DNA of 64,000 bases from positions 80,910,001-80,974,000 of the forward strand of contig NC_042998.1 in the NCBI RefSeq assembly GCF_006345805.1, given 5' to 3'. Position numbers and translations under genes: made by a program. Under the pieces are notes generated by a model that saw only the letters and a list, made by a program, of their open reading frames with translations, had not been told where the DNA came from and made no database searches. Each line of letters begins with the position of its first letter. Position 1 is the first letter of the stretch. This DNA is from Octopus sinensis (taxonomy: Eukaryota). Positions 16,105 through 28,120 of the stretch are shown one piece after another.

Positions 16105-16405
16105 TATATATGTATATGTATGTATGTGTGTGTGTGTATCAATATATATATATGTATATGTATGTATGTGTGTGTGTGTGTATCAATATATATATATATT
16201 GCTTGCCAACTAATGTTGGTATCTTTATGTCCCCATAAATTAGCAGCTTCACAAAAGAGACCGATAGAATGAATACTTGGGGTCAATTCGTTCGACTAAA
16301 GGCAATGCTACAGTAACGCCACAGTCAAATGTTTTAAACAAGTAAAAGATAACAATAAACAAATATGCCGTTTCACTCCTGAGCAACGCCGGGTATCTCT
16401 GCTAG
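12780..16405 (+). mobile_element. Helitron (5' boundary uncertain; 3' end at CTAG 16402-16405)
   Basis: The helicase above is followed by a subterminal GC hairpin (CCTGAGCAACGCCGGG), then CTAG, then T. Confidence 0.75.
13553..15993 (+). pseudogene. Helitron Rep/Helicase remnant: PIF1-type helicase present, Rep (HUH) domain absent
   Basis: GRYVSSN*AFWRIFGFPLHQRHPAIQQLAVHLENGQ, GRVYTVHP...CFYLR-L, Walker A FLDAPGGTGKTF, Walker B LIVWDECTM, LSGDFKQTLPV, FAM-LNKSQGQTL and HGQLYV. Several frameshifts. Confidence 0.95.
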
Positions 16406-16718
16406 TATATATATATATATATATGTATATGTATGTATGTGTGTGTGTGTATCAATATATATATATGTATATGTATGTATGTGTGTGTGTGTGTATCAAT
16501 ATATATATATATTGCTTGCCAACTAATGTTGGTATCTTTATGTCCCCATAAATTAGCAGCTTCACAAAAGAGACCGATAGAATGAATACTTGGGGTCAAT
16601 TCGTTCGACTAAAGGCAATGCTACAGTAACGCCACAGTCAAATGTTTTAAACAAGTAAAAGATAACAATAAACAAATATGCCGTTTCACTCCTGAGCAAC
16701 GCCGGGTATCTCTGCTAG
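16093..16718 (+). repeat. Near-identical 313-bp tandem duplication of the Helitron 3' terminus
   Basis: GCTTGCCAAC at 16201 and 16514; CTAG at 16402 and 16715. Confidence 0.95.
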
Positions 16719-16751
<33 letters not shown>

Positions 16752-17037
16752 TACTCGGTTCCGCGGAGAAAGGGCAAAAGCAACTGACCTAGATTCTCGA
16801 AATCCAATCCATTAGTAGCACAGGGAAGACTTGTAAGACATTCCCAAAATTCTCCTTGTGAAATTCTTATGCGAATAGATGCACTCATTTGTGTGTATGC
16901 ATCGAAAGTTCAACTAACAACCCAACAGGAATTCTTTTAATTGAAAAAGTTTTGTCACTTTGTTAGCGACCGGCTTGAACACCCTCAAGAAGAACTTAAA
17001 TAAGACTCAATGGAAATACGTAATACACAAGCTCGCG

Positions 17038-17115
<78 letters not shown>

Positions 17116-17136
17116 TACACACACACACACACACAC

Positions 17137-17170
<34 letters not shown>

Positions 17171-17768
17171 ACGCACGCACACAAGTGTGTGTGTGTGTAT
17201 ACATGTGTATCAATGTACGTATGTATATGGAGGTTGGTCGCTTAGGATGTTCACTGAAGATCATAAAATTGTGGTTTCGAATCCTTGAGCAGGTGATGCG
17301 TTGCGATCTTGGGCAAAGCTCATTATTTTAGGTTGCTGGAGTCCACTCCACTGACAAAAATGAGAAAACCTGGAGCGGACCAGCGTCCCATCAAGGTTGA
17401 GGTAATTATACGACGCAAAGGCGGCTGCTGGCAGAAACGTTAGCACGCCGAGCGAAATGTTTAGCGGTATTTTGCTTGTCTTTACATTCTGAGTTGAAAT
17501 TCCGCCGAGGTCGACTTTGCCTTTCATCGTTTCAGGGTCGATAAATTAAGTATCAGTTCTGTACTGGGGTCGATCTAATCTACTGCCCCTCCCTCCCCCC
17601 AAATTTCGGGCCTTGTATCTAGAGTAGATAAGAATATGTATACCACATAATATCCGAGAAACCGACCATATGGGGCTATAATCCGAGAAGGTTCTTTTAC
17701 TTTTTCTAGATGTATGCATGCATGTGCATGCATGCCTACATATGAATATGAGTATGTGTGTATGTATG

Positions 17769-17868
17769 CTATTCAGTTTATTTCAAGATTTCTTGCCAAT
17801 AGACAGAGAGCCGGTTTCTAACCTAGATCCAAGGCTCCTTCTTTGGAATTTCAACAACACCAACAGAG
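17769..17868 (-). mobile_element. ~100-bp 3'-terminal copy of the (CATA)n-associated RLE LINE
   Basis: Reverse complement matches 38765-38866. (TATG)n lies on both sides. A further partial copy is at 32962-33017. Confidence 0.85.
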
Positions 17869-17924
17869 TATGTATGTATGTATGTATGTATGTATGTATG
17901 TATGTGTGTATGTATGTACGTATG

Positions 17925-18854
17925 AATTTGTTCGTGAAATCCAGGCCATGATTGACAACGATCCCTCCAAATCAATCTATTGCCAGGGACATGGGAGTGT
18001 CTGAGTTTCATATCAGACAGGTAGTACATGTAGGCATTCAGTATTCCTTACACAAGAAGAAAACGGGCCAATTTCTATTCCAAGTCATCAAGAACAAGAG
18101 GGAAGACCATGCTACGAAGCTTTTGAACAAACTCAAGCATCCCCTCCAATCGAACATGATTTAGTTTTTCCCAGACGAGAAATATTTCTGCCAGGAGCAG
18201 ATGGTGGGCACACAGATCAAACGTTGGCTTGCTGTGTCACCAAAACATGTACCGAGAGTGATAAAAATCAAACATCCAGTCAACATCATGGTGTTTGGAG
18301 TGATCACTACTGATGGTGACGTTATGCCTCCATTCATCTTCCCACACCGTCTCAGACTCAACACAGAGGCCTACATCAAGTGCCTGGACCAGTTAGTGCT
18401 GCCCTCGTTCAAAAGGGTGGCTTCTGGGAGATCCTATGTCTGGCAACAGGACTCTGCATCATGCCACACAAGCAGGGAAACCCAGTCATGGCTGTCAGAC
18501 AATTTCTGCTGCCACATCATCCCTAACATCTGGCTACCTATACGTGAGGCTCAGTTGAGCGGGAGTCCAACAAAACTCCTTGTAACACTAAAGATGAAGG
18601 CACGGATTATGGTTACTCTTTGTAACACCAAAGATATAGGCAAGGATTATGGCAGTATTCACCAACTTAAACAAGGAGACCGCCTACAAGAGGTGAAGGA
18701 GATTCTGAAGTCGTCTGAAGGTTGCGGTTGAAGCCAATTGCGATTTTATTGAATAAATTTGCTCTTTAAGATATTTTATATAATTTTGGTAAATATATCC
18801 GTTAAAGTGAGACGTGCGTATTATTTTCATTTTTGCGTAATTCACCGCACCCTG
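17925..18854 (+). mobile_element. 5'-truncated Tc1/mariner, maT (DD37D) type
   Basis: DEK..., MVFGVITTDGDVMPPFIFP and YVWQQDSASCHTS. Ends CGCACCCTG|TA. The sister copy at 37242 keeps SSDCNPLDYY, and combining the two copies gives 37 residues between the second and third D. Confidence 0.88.
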
Positions 18855-19336
18855 TACAAACACACACACACACACAAACACAAACACAAACACACACACA
18901 CAACACACACACACACGCACAGACACACACACACTTGTATATTCGTATATACATATGTTTGTAAGTCGGTAAATATACGCGCACATACACATATATGTAT
19001 TTATAGGTAAATATATATATGGCTGTCTGGTTACGAAGGTCAATTTGCAATCATGTGGTCTTGGGATCAGTCCCATGGCGGAGTCCCTTGGCTTGCTGTC
19101 TTCGACTGCACCGCATGTACCTTTACCCCACTATGTATGTATGTATGTATGTATGTATGTATGTATGTATGTATGTATGTATGTATGTAGACTCACAAAA
19201 TGTGCGATACAATAAGTATCTTTCATTAAATAAGTAATTACCGGGGTCCATCTGTTTAACTAAAACTATTCGACACGGTGCCTGGGTATGGCCGCAGTTC
19301 AATGACTGAGACAAGTAAAAGTAAAATATGCAATAA

Positions 19337-19426
<90 letters not shown>

Positions 19427-19683
19427 GTCTATAAATGATACATTTCAGTATATGCATGTGCAACGGTGGTGAGCAGGCACAATCGTTAGCACGCTAGGCA
19501 AAATGCTTAGCGGTTTTCGTCCGTCCTTACGTTCTGAGTTCCAATTTCGCAGAGGTTGAATTTGTCTTTCAGCCTAAAATAAATACCAGTTGAGTACTGT
19601 GGTCGATGTAACGGACTTTCCCCTCCTCCGAAATTGCTGGCCTTGTGCCAAATTTTGAAACCAATCTATGCATGTATACATAC

Positions 19684-19719
<36 letters not shown>

Positions 19720-19720
<1 letters not shown>

Positions 19721-20030
19721 ATATTTAGGAATGGTCATTTTGCCAGTTTAGCCAATACAAACACACACACTATATATTTGGTGTTACTTTGCTTCAGCGT
19801 TATTCATTTTTTACATTAATCTTAATCTTATTTCGGCCAGAGTTCTTTCGTCACACTCCTGTGACCGCATCAGTGGTCCTTTGCTTTCTTCTTTCTTATT
19901 GGCTAAACTGGCAAAAATGACCATTCCTAAATATAACACCTTTCTTTCCTTCCCTGTGCGTCTGATAATACTTTATATGTACCATGTCTTCGTGTTGTTG
20001 TTTGTTCTTGTTTTTCGTTTTTTTGGGGGG
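19720..20030 (-). mobile_element. Penelope-like terminal repeat with a 38-bp inverted repeat (19720-19757 / 19897-19935)
   Basis: The inverted repeat is directly visible and encloses a hammerhead motif. The PLE assignment is inferred from that association. Confidence 0.6.
19835..19878 (-). ncRNA. Minimal type-I hammerhead ribozyme motif (degenerate)
   Basis: GACCA-CTGATGC-G-GTCACA-ggag-TGTGAC-GAAA-G-aa-CTC/TGGCC. A9 is replaced by C and stem I has one mismatch. Confidence 0.65.
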
Positions 20031-20033
20031 ATT

Positions 20034-20079
<46 letters not shown>

Positions 20080-20584
20080 TTATGCTTCATCTGAACGAAG
20101 CTGTTACATTCAAGACGGCAAATCCATACTTTTGATACGACCTCTTAAAAATCGCATTCTCATCATATTTACACTGTAATCCATTATGTATGCTATTATA
20201 TGTACGTTCTTACCATCATTTCTTGCACTTGTAGAATTTTGTTTATTTTTGCTTAACTTAATTTACTACCAAAGCTATTTAGAAGAATTTTCTCCGTCGA
20301 AGTTGTTCATTTGCATCTTACACAATACAATAATTAACAAGATGTCAGGTAACATGCTAAGTGGCTTTCTAAGCAGATACACAACAACTGATGAAATCTT
20401 AATGACTAATTCAACTGATATTAGCTAAAGGCTTACTACCGTCGCTATTATTGCTATTATAAAATCTCATATTAATCAGAAACGAATAAAATGGTATGAA
20501 ATGAAATAAAAATGAACGAAACCTGAATTTAAAAAATTTAATTGAAGCGTCTCGCAGGATATATCCTGTATTAAAAGGTGCCGA

Positions 20585-20624
20585 TGATTATTATTATTAT
20601 TATTATTATTATTATTTATTATTA

Positions 20625-20667
<43 letters not shown>

Positions 20668-20706
20668 TATTATTATTATTATTATTGTCATTATTGTTAT
20701 TATTAC

Positions 20707-20760
<54 letters not shown>

Positions 20761-20789
20761 CATCATCATCATCATCATCATTATTATTG

Positions 20790-20825
<36 letters not shown>

Positions 20826-20850
20826 TATTATTATTATTATTATTATCATT
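20585..20850. repeat. (ATT/ATC)n compound microsatellite
   Basis: Direct reading. Confidence 0.95.
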
Positions 20851-22108
20851 ATTGCATTAGATCTCATAATCTAGATTACTTTGAATATGAAAAGATTATT
20901 AAAGTTCTATATCTGAAATAAAACTTTCACAGAATTACTGGAAACAGCTGTATTTTCTTGATGACATATTTCTAACGTACACATGCATTAACAGTATAAT
21001 AAAAAGAGATTTTTCCTGATTTTCCTAATACGACTGATATTCATTTTGGTTCAAACAAGAACGTAAGGAATCACATGAAAAGACTCATGATAGTGGTTTT
21101 GTATTTGGTTTTGCAATATCCTTTATTTGAAGTCTTGTGTGGAAATATATTCTGTTGTATCACAGGAGGGTATTGTGCCAATAATAAATTCATGCACAGA
21201 TTCTGTTTCACTTCTTTTATTATTATTACTGTATTGATTAACCAATTAATTAATCCATTATTTGGTTAGAATTTCGGTCAATCAATCGATCAGCTAGGCT
21301 TGTCAAAAATCCTTCAGTAGCTATCCGCGACTTCATCACCGTAATGCCTTTTCTACTCCAGGTCTACTTGGCATAACGACCCTCCCGATATACAACAGAA
21401 TATATAATAGTGATTTCCTATATTGATTCAGAGTTAGAAGTTAGACAGCAATACGGAGAAACCGAGCTGAATGAATTTATTCAGCTCTGAGTATGTTACA
21501 GATATTTGCTTCATAGATCATGCAGTCGGGAAAAGCTGCAGATATGAAATTAGAATATAAAGAGCAGTAACTAAGTATTATAAGATATGTTATCCAAATG
21601 CTCATCGTTTCTACCATTGCCCAATCGGAAGTACCAAAAATATAGCCTTGAATATACCCTCACTGCTTTTAAAGATAATTTCATGAAACAAAAAGGAAGG
21701 AGGAGAATTCCTTGAGGAAAGACTCATTTATTTATAACTGACAGCTTCAGTTGTTTTAGGGACACACTTAATATTCTACAGAGCACACAACAGGCCATTA
21801 CAATTTCATAGAAATTAAAATCTTTCACTTTGAAAGAAAATGTGTTATAGTTAATTGGATAAATGTCGAGTTCTTGTAACACTGCATCTGATAACTACTA
21901 AATGTTTCGAAATACTAAACTAACCAACTGTTATGGTTGTCGTTCACAGTTGCAACTACATAGATTAGCAAAACCGTAAAACAAATGTTTGTACCATTTA
22001 GTTATGTTCCTTTACGATCAGTATTCAAATACATCGCTCTCCCCTTCTCTCTGTATATACGTCTGTCTGTCTCTCTGGTTTTCTCTCTTTCTTCCTTTCT
22101 CACTCACC

Positions 22109-22204
<96 letters not shown>

Positions 22205-23780
22205 TTTATTAAAGCAGCATATAACTTCAGTCAACTTTTCAACATTCACACCAAATGCCGAGAAAAGGATTCCAGAAATTGAATGCTTTATATTTTGTTA
22301 AATAACATCAATAAAAATAATAAAATAATAAACAACCTTCGGAAATCATCGCCCACTGCATTGATCTTCGTAAAATTGTAAACAAGTTCCTAAAACAAGA
22401 GCTAAGAATTGGAGTATGAGTTTTGTCTTGACAGTACTAAGACAAGTTCATTAGTTAAAGAAAATACTTGTTTTTTTCTTTTATATATACTCTTTGCGTT
22501 GATTTTGTTTTACAAAGTAAAAAGAATGACGTGTTATAATTGGAAATTTGGAAGAGTAGAAGTGAAAATACGTTAAAAGAGTGTAGCATTTTCCAAAACA
22601 GAAAAGAAATATTTTCCAATGAAGAAACTTTTGATAACTAATGAAATTTAAAGGTCTGTTGGTTCACAGAAAGAAATATGAAGAAATCTATGAGATTTCA
22701 AACACGTTAATAGTACAAAAGCATTTCTAAATGTCAGTTACACTGTGGTACAAAGATTATGGAAGGGCATTATGTGATCAAACTTAGAATATGTGAACTT
22801 CTTTTTATGTTGGTTGCATTTGGTGAATGGTGCAGGGCTACGAAACTGCTTCAATGCTAAGGTGAATTCATTTAATTTTACGTAAACTCTTAATGTATTT
22901 TGCGAAAGGCACACGCAATTTGCTTCTAATTTCCCTCCTCAACTCAAACATAGCTCCTTTGTGTCCAATGAAAGGGATTCAATATCAAATATTTGAAAAG
23001 AAGAGAGTTCAATAGAGTATGAAGTGAGTTCTTAAAATTTACTTCTTACTGCAGTTTCCATTCCTATCTAAAAAAATTCCTTTACACTAATGCACCTCCT
23101 AGTAAAATTATTCTTCAACTTTCTTTTTAATGAAATCAATAATTGTGATTTGAAAGGCAACGAACATCTTATTTTTACTTAAGCAAAGATGTAGGAGCAG
23201 CGCCTTTCACCTTTGCAGCTTTCACCTATTTCTGAAGGTTCTCCATTGACTACATGGAAAATATGGATACAAAAGAAATCGGTGGTCTGGACTACTTACA
23301 AGAGTAGCCTTATAATGATACAAGACGACCTGGTGTTGTTGTTAAACAAAGTATCGTACAAAACAATCTCTGTTTGGTATAGACGAATAATATTAATTTC
23401 AACTGTTAACTTGAGGTCAATCCATTGCACCTGTTTCGTTGTATATTTACACAATCCATATAATTCAATATTATTTTATTCCACCAGCTACTAGGAATAG
23501 ACATTACATCTCTCCGACTGTTACATATAAAATACCAGTATTTTAACTGGTAGGAAATTTACATATCATCAGCGTATTTCGACAAATACCGCGGTTGAAC
23601 ATTTGATTTCAAAGACGAAAAATTGAATATGTAATGCACGAAGGCATTAAGAATTTAAAGCAGGATTACAAAAGTATATATCTAGGAGGAAAATAGTTAA
23701 TGGTTGATATCTCGTTGATATTTGACAGCTAATATGCGAGACATGTCTAATGGCTTTCTTCTCAGTGGAGCCTTATTGGC

Positions 23781-23864
<84 letters not shown>

Positions 23865-23931
23865 ATGTACTACACGCTAGCATTGTTTGTCAAGCGATGG
23901 CAGTGGTAAAAATACAGACTCATTCACATAA

Positions 23932-23968
<37 letters not shown>

Positions 23969-24122
23969 AAGGCGTGGCTGTGTGGTAAGAAGCTTCCTTC
24001 CCAACCATATGGTCCCGGCTTCACTGTGTGACACCTTGAGCAAATATCTTCCACTATAGACTCGGGCCGAACAAAGACTTGTGAGTGGATTTGGTAGATG
24101 GAAACGCCAAAGAAGCACGTAG

Positions 24123-24168
<46 letters not shown>

Positions 24169-24239
24169 AATTGAGATAGGGGTTGTAAATGCAACCCTCC
24201 ATGGGATAACATATATCCAATATACTGCTAGTGAAGTAC

Positions 24240-25500
24240 CCACCAAAATTAATACATAAATGTTAATGATTGCGATGCAATTAATTCATTTACTGTATTA
24301 TATGGGCAAAGGTAAAATGATTTACCACAAATTACTAATACAAGATAAGTAAATGGAGAAATACATCTAAATCAAATATCAGTTACCAGATAATACTCAA
24401 TCACATACTTTATTAAACCACCACATAAGAGACTGTAGGGTTAAATATAAAAAGCAGAACAAATCAGTGTACATAAAGGAATGTACATAAAAAATTGTAC
24501 ATAAACGAGTAATGTTGTATAATAAGTAGAATATATATAAAAGAGAATATAAATATAAGTAAATATAAATATAAGTATAGATTACATCTTACAGCTGTTT
24601 CGGCCATGTAGATAAGTATGTCTCATTTTACCAATATTAGCCCTTTATGGTTGGTCAATATATAGATATAAATGAGACATTTACAAAAATATCATAAGGC
24701 CTCTTCGGAGATTATGTAATATAAATCAGTCTACATATATACGCACATGGGTGTGGGTGCATACCCATAATACAACATATATATATACATATGAGTGCAT
24801 ATACTCACACTCCTATACATATAAAAATATACATATACATAATTATATAAATAAATAATATAAATTAGTAAACATATATATGTGTTCCACATTCAATGTC
24901 TCAGTTTTTCGACTTAATATTGTGATAATAAACATACACAAATTAGTACCTAGATGCAAATATACATAGTCAATCGTACATTATATTACTTCATAATAAT
25001 TTCTAAAGTGTCTTTAAAGTTAGCATTATTATCGTTGTCAATACCATTAATGTTACCATTATTATTATTCATAATATTATTAATAACGCTTACATTAGGA
25101 TCCAGAACGGTATATATATGTCCGGGTTCAAGTTAGTAATTTTCCTTATGACATAAATACACTATTGGATTTGAATTTAAAATTATCATTATCTTCCTCA
25201 CGGCTGGTCAATTGAGAGCCGCCCGACCCCCACCACACCGCATAAGCAAAACATACACATCCACATCTAACCCTAAACCCACACATCCACACAGAAACTC
25301 ACACACACATGCACACACACATGAATACACCTCGACACATCTCCACACATTCAATAAATTACAGAGTGCATGTCTGTCATCGCATGGCTTATAGATAAAT
25401 CAGTACAGACAGCAGTGTTTAACACTAGCACACACACTCACACGCACATCCGCATATACGCATAAATATTAATACACTTTCCTATACTGTGTCAGGGAAC
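24240..25500 (-). mobile_element. Penelope-like element terminal region
   Basis: Contains a hammerhead motif and an Asn-rich decayed reading frame on the minus strand. Boundaries are approximate. Confidence 0.45.
24581..24720 (-). ncRNA. Type-I hammerhead ribozyme motif with extended stem II
   Basis: ATTAC[ATA]ATCT-CCGAAGA-GGCC...GGCC-GAAAC-AGCT-GTA/AGATGTAAT. An 11-bp inverted repeat (24618-24628 / 24670-24680) lies inside stem II. Confidence 0.75.
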
Positions 25501-25613
25501 TTACGCACACACATATATAGATATTTAAATATATATCTGCGCACTCATACGTACAAATAAAACATATATATATATATATATACATATATACATACATATA
25601 TATATATATATAT

Positions 25614-25661
<48 letters not shown>

Positions 25662-27012
25662 TCTATATATATAAAACTCTAGTTGTGTGAGTGTCTGTCC
25701 CCTTCGATTTAGATTCCTAACTCCTCCCACATTTTGCGGTGCAGTTTAACCAAATTCGGGTATCAAGAAGACAAACAAAATCTGACACGTTGAGGGGAAG
25801 ACAACAGACTATTTTTGTTGAAGATTGCCTTGTTATGTTGTAACCCCGTTATTATTTTCACAGTATTCGTTAAATAATGTCTGGGGAAGATCGCAAGAAG
25901 CTCGATATGACTCCAGAGGAGATGAAACGGTTCGGGGAGGCGATGAAAAAGGAAGAATTCAGAAAATTACTCGCAGAGTATGCCGAAGAAATATCAAATC
26001 CTGAAAACCGCAAAAAATATGAAGAAGAGATTACACAACTAGAAAATGAAAGAGGTATGGATATAAAATTCATTACTCCTGAACCCGGCCATGTTATAAA
26101 ATCACTTATTAATAACAAGAAAAAGGCTTTTATAAATATCTGCAAAAATGAAAACATTGGGAAGCCAACATTTACTAAAGAGAATGGCCCTGACCGTTTT
26201 GGAATCAACTGGGCAATCCCCCATTCTTTAGCTAGACCTCGCGAAGACTTCGATCTCAAAGGTGAAAAATGCTTTGTGTATGATGTCGTGTTTCACCCGG
26301 ACACTTACCGAATGGCACAGTCTAACTCTAAGTTTAAAAAGCTTGTACACGATACAGCGATAGAAGCCATTGAGGAACATTTTAATGTCACATTGGATAA
26401 AAAGATAAGTACACCCAAAGTGAAAAACAATTTCAAAGGAGTTAGAACCCCTACTGTGGTTCGAACCCGGCGAGAAGATGGATCGACCAAAACCGCAGAC
26501 GACTCTGACAGCATTTTGAACAGTATGCCTTATCCATATGACCCTAATAAGACAACCAAAGAATTAACTGAGGAATGGGTGGAAAAAAGGTAAAACACGC
26601 TCGTCCAAGAGACTAGTCGTGATTCATATCGAGCCCGTCTGACTATTAGCGCGCGTCAACGATGAGTCTACGATTTAAAAAATAATTTAACATAATTTTT
26701 TATTCCATTTTAATGCATAAAATGCATCGTGTGTCGATGGCGGCGGAGTTGGCGTCCACGCTCACAGCTGCACCTGTTTGCTTCTCCCCCTTCCCTCCCT
26801 CGTGAAGCTGTGGGGAAGGGAGTGTAAAGAAATCAACGTCGTAATGCGTTGTGAAGGAAACCAGCGTTCTTTTAGAACAACGACTTCATGGCTTGAAGAC
26901 ACCAAAACAAAAATGGCTAAGAAAGCCCGAATTTATAAGGGAAGTAACTCTCTAAAAATGCTTATATAGTTATTTCCCTTACAACCCCGAGCAACGCCGG
27001 GCGATACTGCTA

Positions 27013-27013
<1 letters not shown>
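25662..27013 (+). mobile_element. Non-autonomous Helitron carrying an 850-bp insert (25765-26614)
   Basis: A|TC 5' end at 25662. Hairpin CCCGAGCAACGCCGGG followed by CTAG|T at 27010-27013. Both flanks are collinear with the uninterrupted copy at 50855-51370. Confidence 0.92.
25877..26593 (+). CDS. DNAAF2: N-terminal (PIH1) fragment of Kintoun / dynein axonemal assembly factor 2, 238 aa, truncated
   Basis: EEFRKLLAEYAEEISNPENRKKYEEEITQLENERG, FITPEPGHVIK, AFINIC, W-IPHSL, VYDVVFHPD, TAIEAIEEHF and FKG match the Kintoun/PF13 N-terminus as I recall it from vertebrate DNAAF2. No internal stops. The CS and C-terminal parts are absent from the window's ORFs. Confidence 0.92.
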   Translation: MSGEDRKKLDMTPEEMKRFGEAMKKEEFRKLLAEYAEEISNPENRKKYEEEITQLENERGMDIKFITPEPGHVIKSLINNKKKAFINICKNENIGKPTFTKENGPDRFGINWAIPHSLARPREDFDLKGEKCFVYDVVFHPDTYRMAQSNSKFKKLVHDTAIEAIEEHFNVTLDKKISTPKVKNNFKGVRTPTVVRTRREDGSTKTADDSDSILNSMPYPYDPNKTTKELTEEWVEKR

Positions 27014-27057
<44 letters not shown>

Positions 27058-27097
27058 CATACATATATATATATATATTTGTATATATATATATATG

Positions 27098-27149
<52 letters not shown>

Positions 27150-27156
<7 letters not shown>

Positions 27157-27392
27157 ATTTATGTGAGTGAGTCTGTATTTGTACCACTGCCATCGCTTGA
27201 CGACCAATGCTAGTGTGTTTATGTCCCCGTAATTTAGTTGTTCTGCGAAAGAGACCAATAGAATACATACTAGGCTTACAAAAAATAAGCCCTGGGGTCG
27301 AGTTGCTCGACTAAAACCCTTTAAGCTTTAAGGCGGTGCTCTAGCATGGTCGCTGTGAAATGTTAAAACAAGTAAAACAATAAAAGACTGTG

Positions 27393-27442
<50 letters not shown>

Positions 27443-27658
27443 TCGACCCCAGGGCTTATTTTCTGTAAGCCTAGTATGTATTCTATCGGTATCTTTTGCC
27501 GAACAACTAAATTAGTTGTCAAGCGATGGCGGTGGTACAAGTACAGACTCACTCACATAAACATACACACGCACACACACACAAACACACATATATATAT
27601 ATAGTCTTTTATTGCTTTACTTGTTTCAGCCATTGACTGCGACCGTGCTAGAGCACCT

Positions 27659-27670
<12 letters not shown>
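27150..27670. mobile_element. Two partial family-B SINE 3' halves in inverted orientation (about 27160-27390 + and 27440-27670 -)
   Basis: GCCATCGCTTGAC...AATAGAATACATACTAGGCTTAC...CCTGGGGTCGA appears in both orientations. Confidence 0.8.
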
Positions 27671-27722
<52 letters not shown>

Positions 27723-27726
<4 letters not shown>

Positions 27727-27890
27727 CACAATCAAGGAACGGCCATAATAGGCCATTCACCCACTAGAAATAACAGCCAAAAAGCTTCAACCGCAAAATA
27801 ACATTATTATGTTATTTTGCGGTTGAAGCTTTTTGGCTGTTATTTCTAGTGGGTGAATGGCCTATTATGGCCGTTCCTTGATTGTGATAT
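27723..27890. repeat. Perfect palindrome with 82-bp arms and a 4-nt loop
   Basis: 27723-27804 is the exact reverse complement of 27809-27890; the loop is TATT. Confidence 0.97.
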
Positions 27891-28037
27891 TGAACTTAAA
27901 AATGGTTTATGACTATTTAATTTTTTCCCACTAGGCCGCTGGGGCAAAAGAATTCTACAAAATTTTTTTGCCTCCCTATATTGATTAAATATATATATAT
28001 ATATATAACAAGGGAAAAATACACACATCTATTCATA

Positions 28038-28120
<83 letters not shown>

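Noticed and set aside
22480-23500. Possible ancient transposase remnant
   Set aside because: It has a coding-like composition but no motif I can assign.
25877-26593. DNAAF2 ORF as the native first coding exon, or as a classical retrocopy
   Set aside because: The native reading is disfavoured because the flanks are two collinear halves of one Helitron and no downstream Kintoun domains appear in the ORF track; small exons cannot be fully excluded. A retrocopy is disfavoured because there is no poly-A or TSD and there are splice-like signals.
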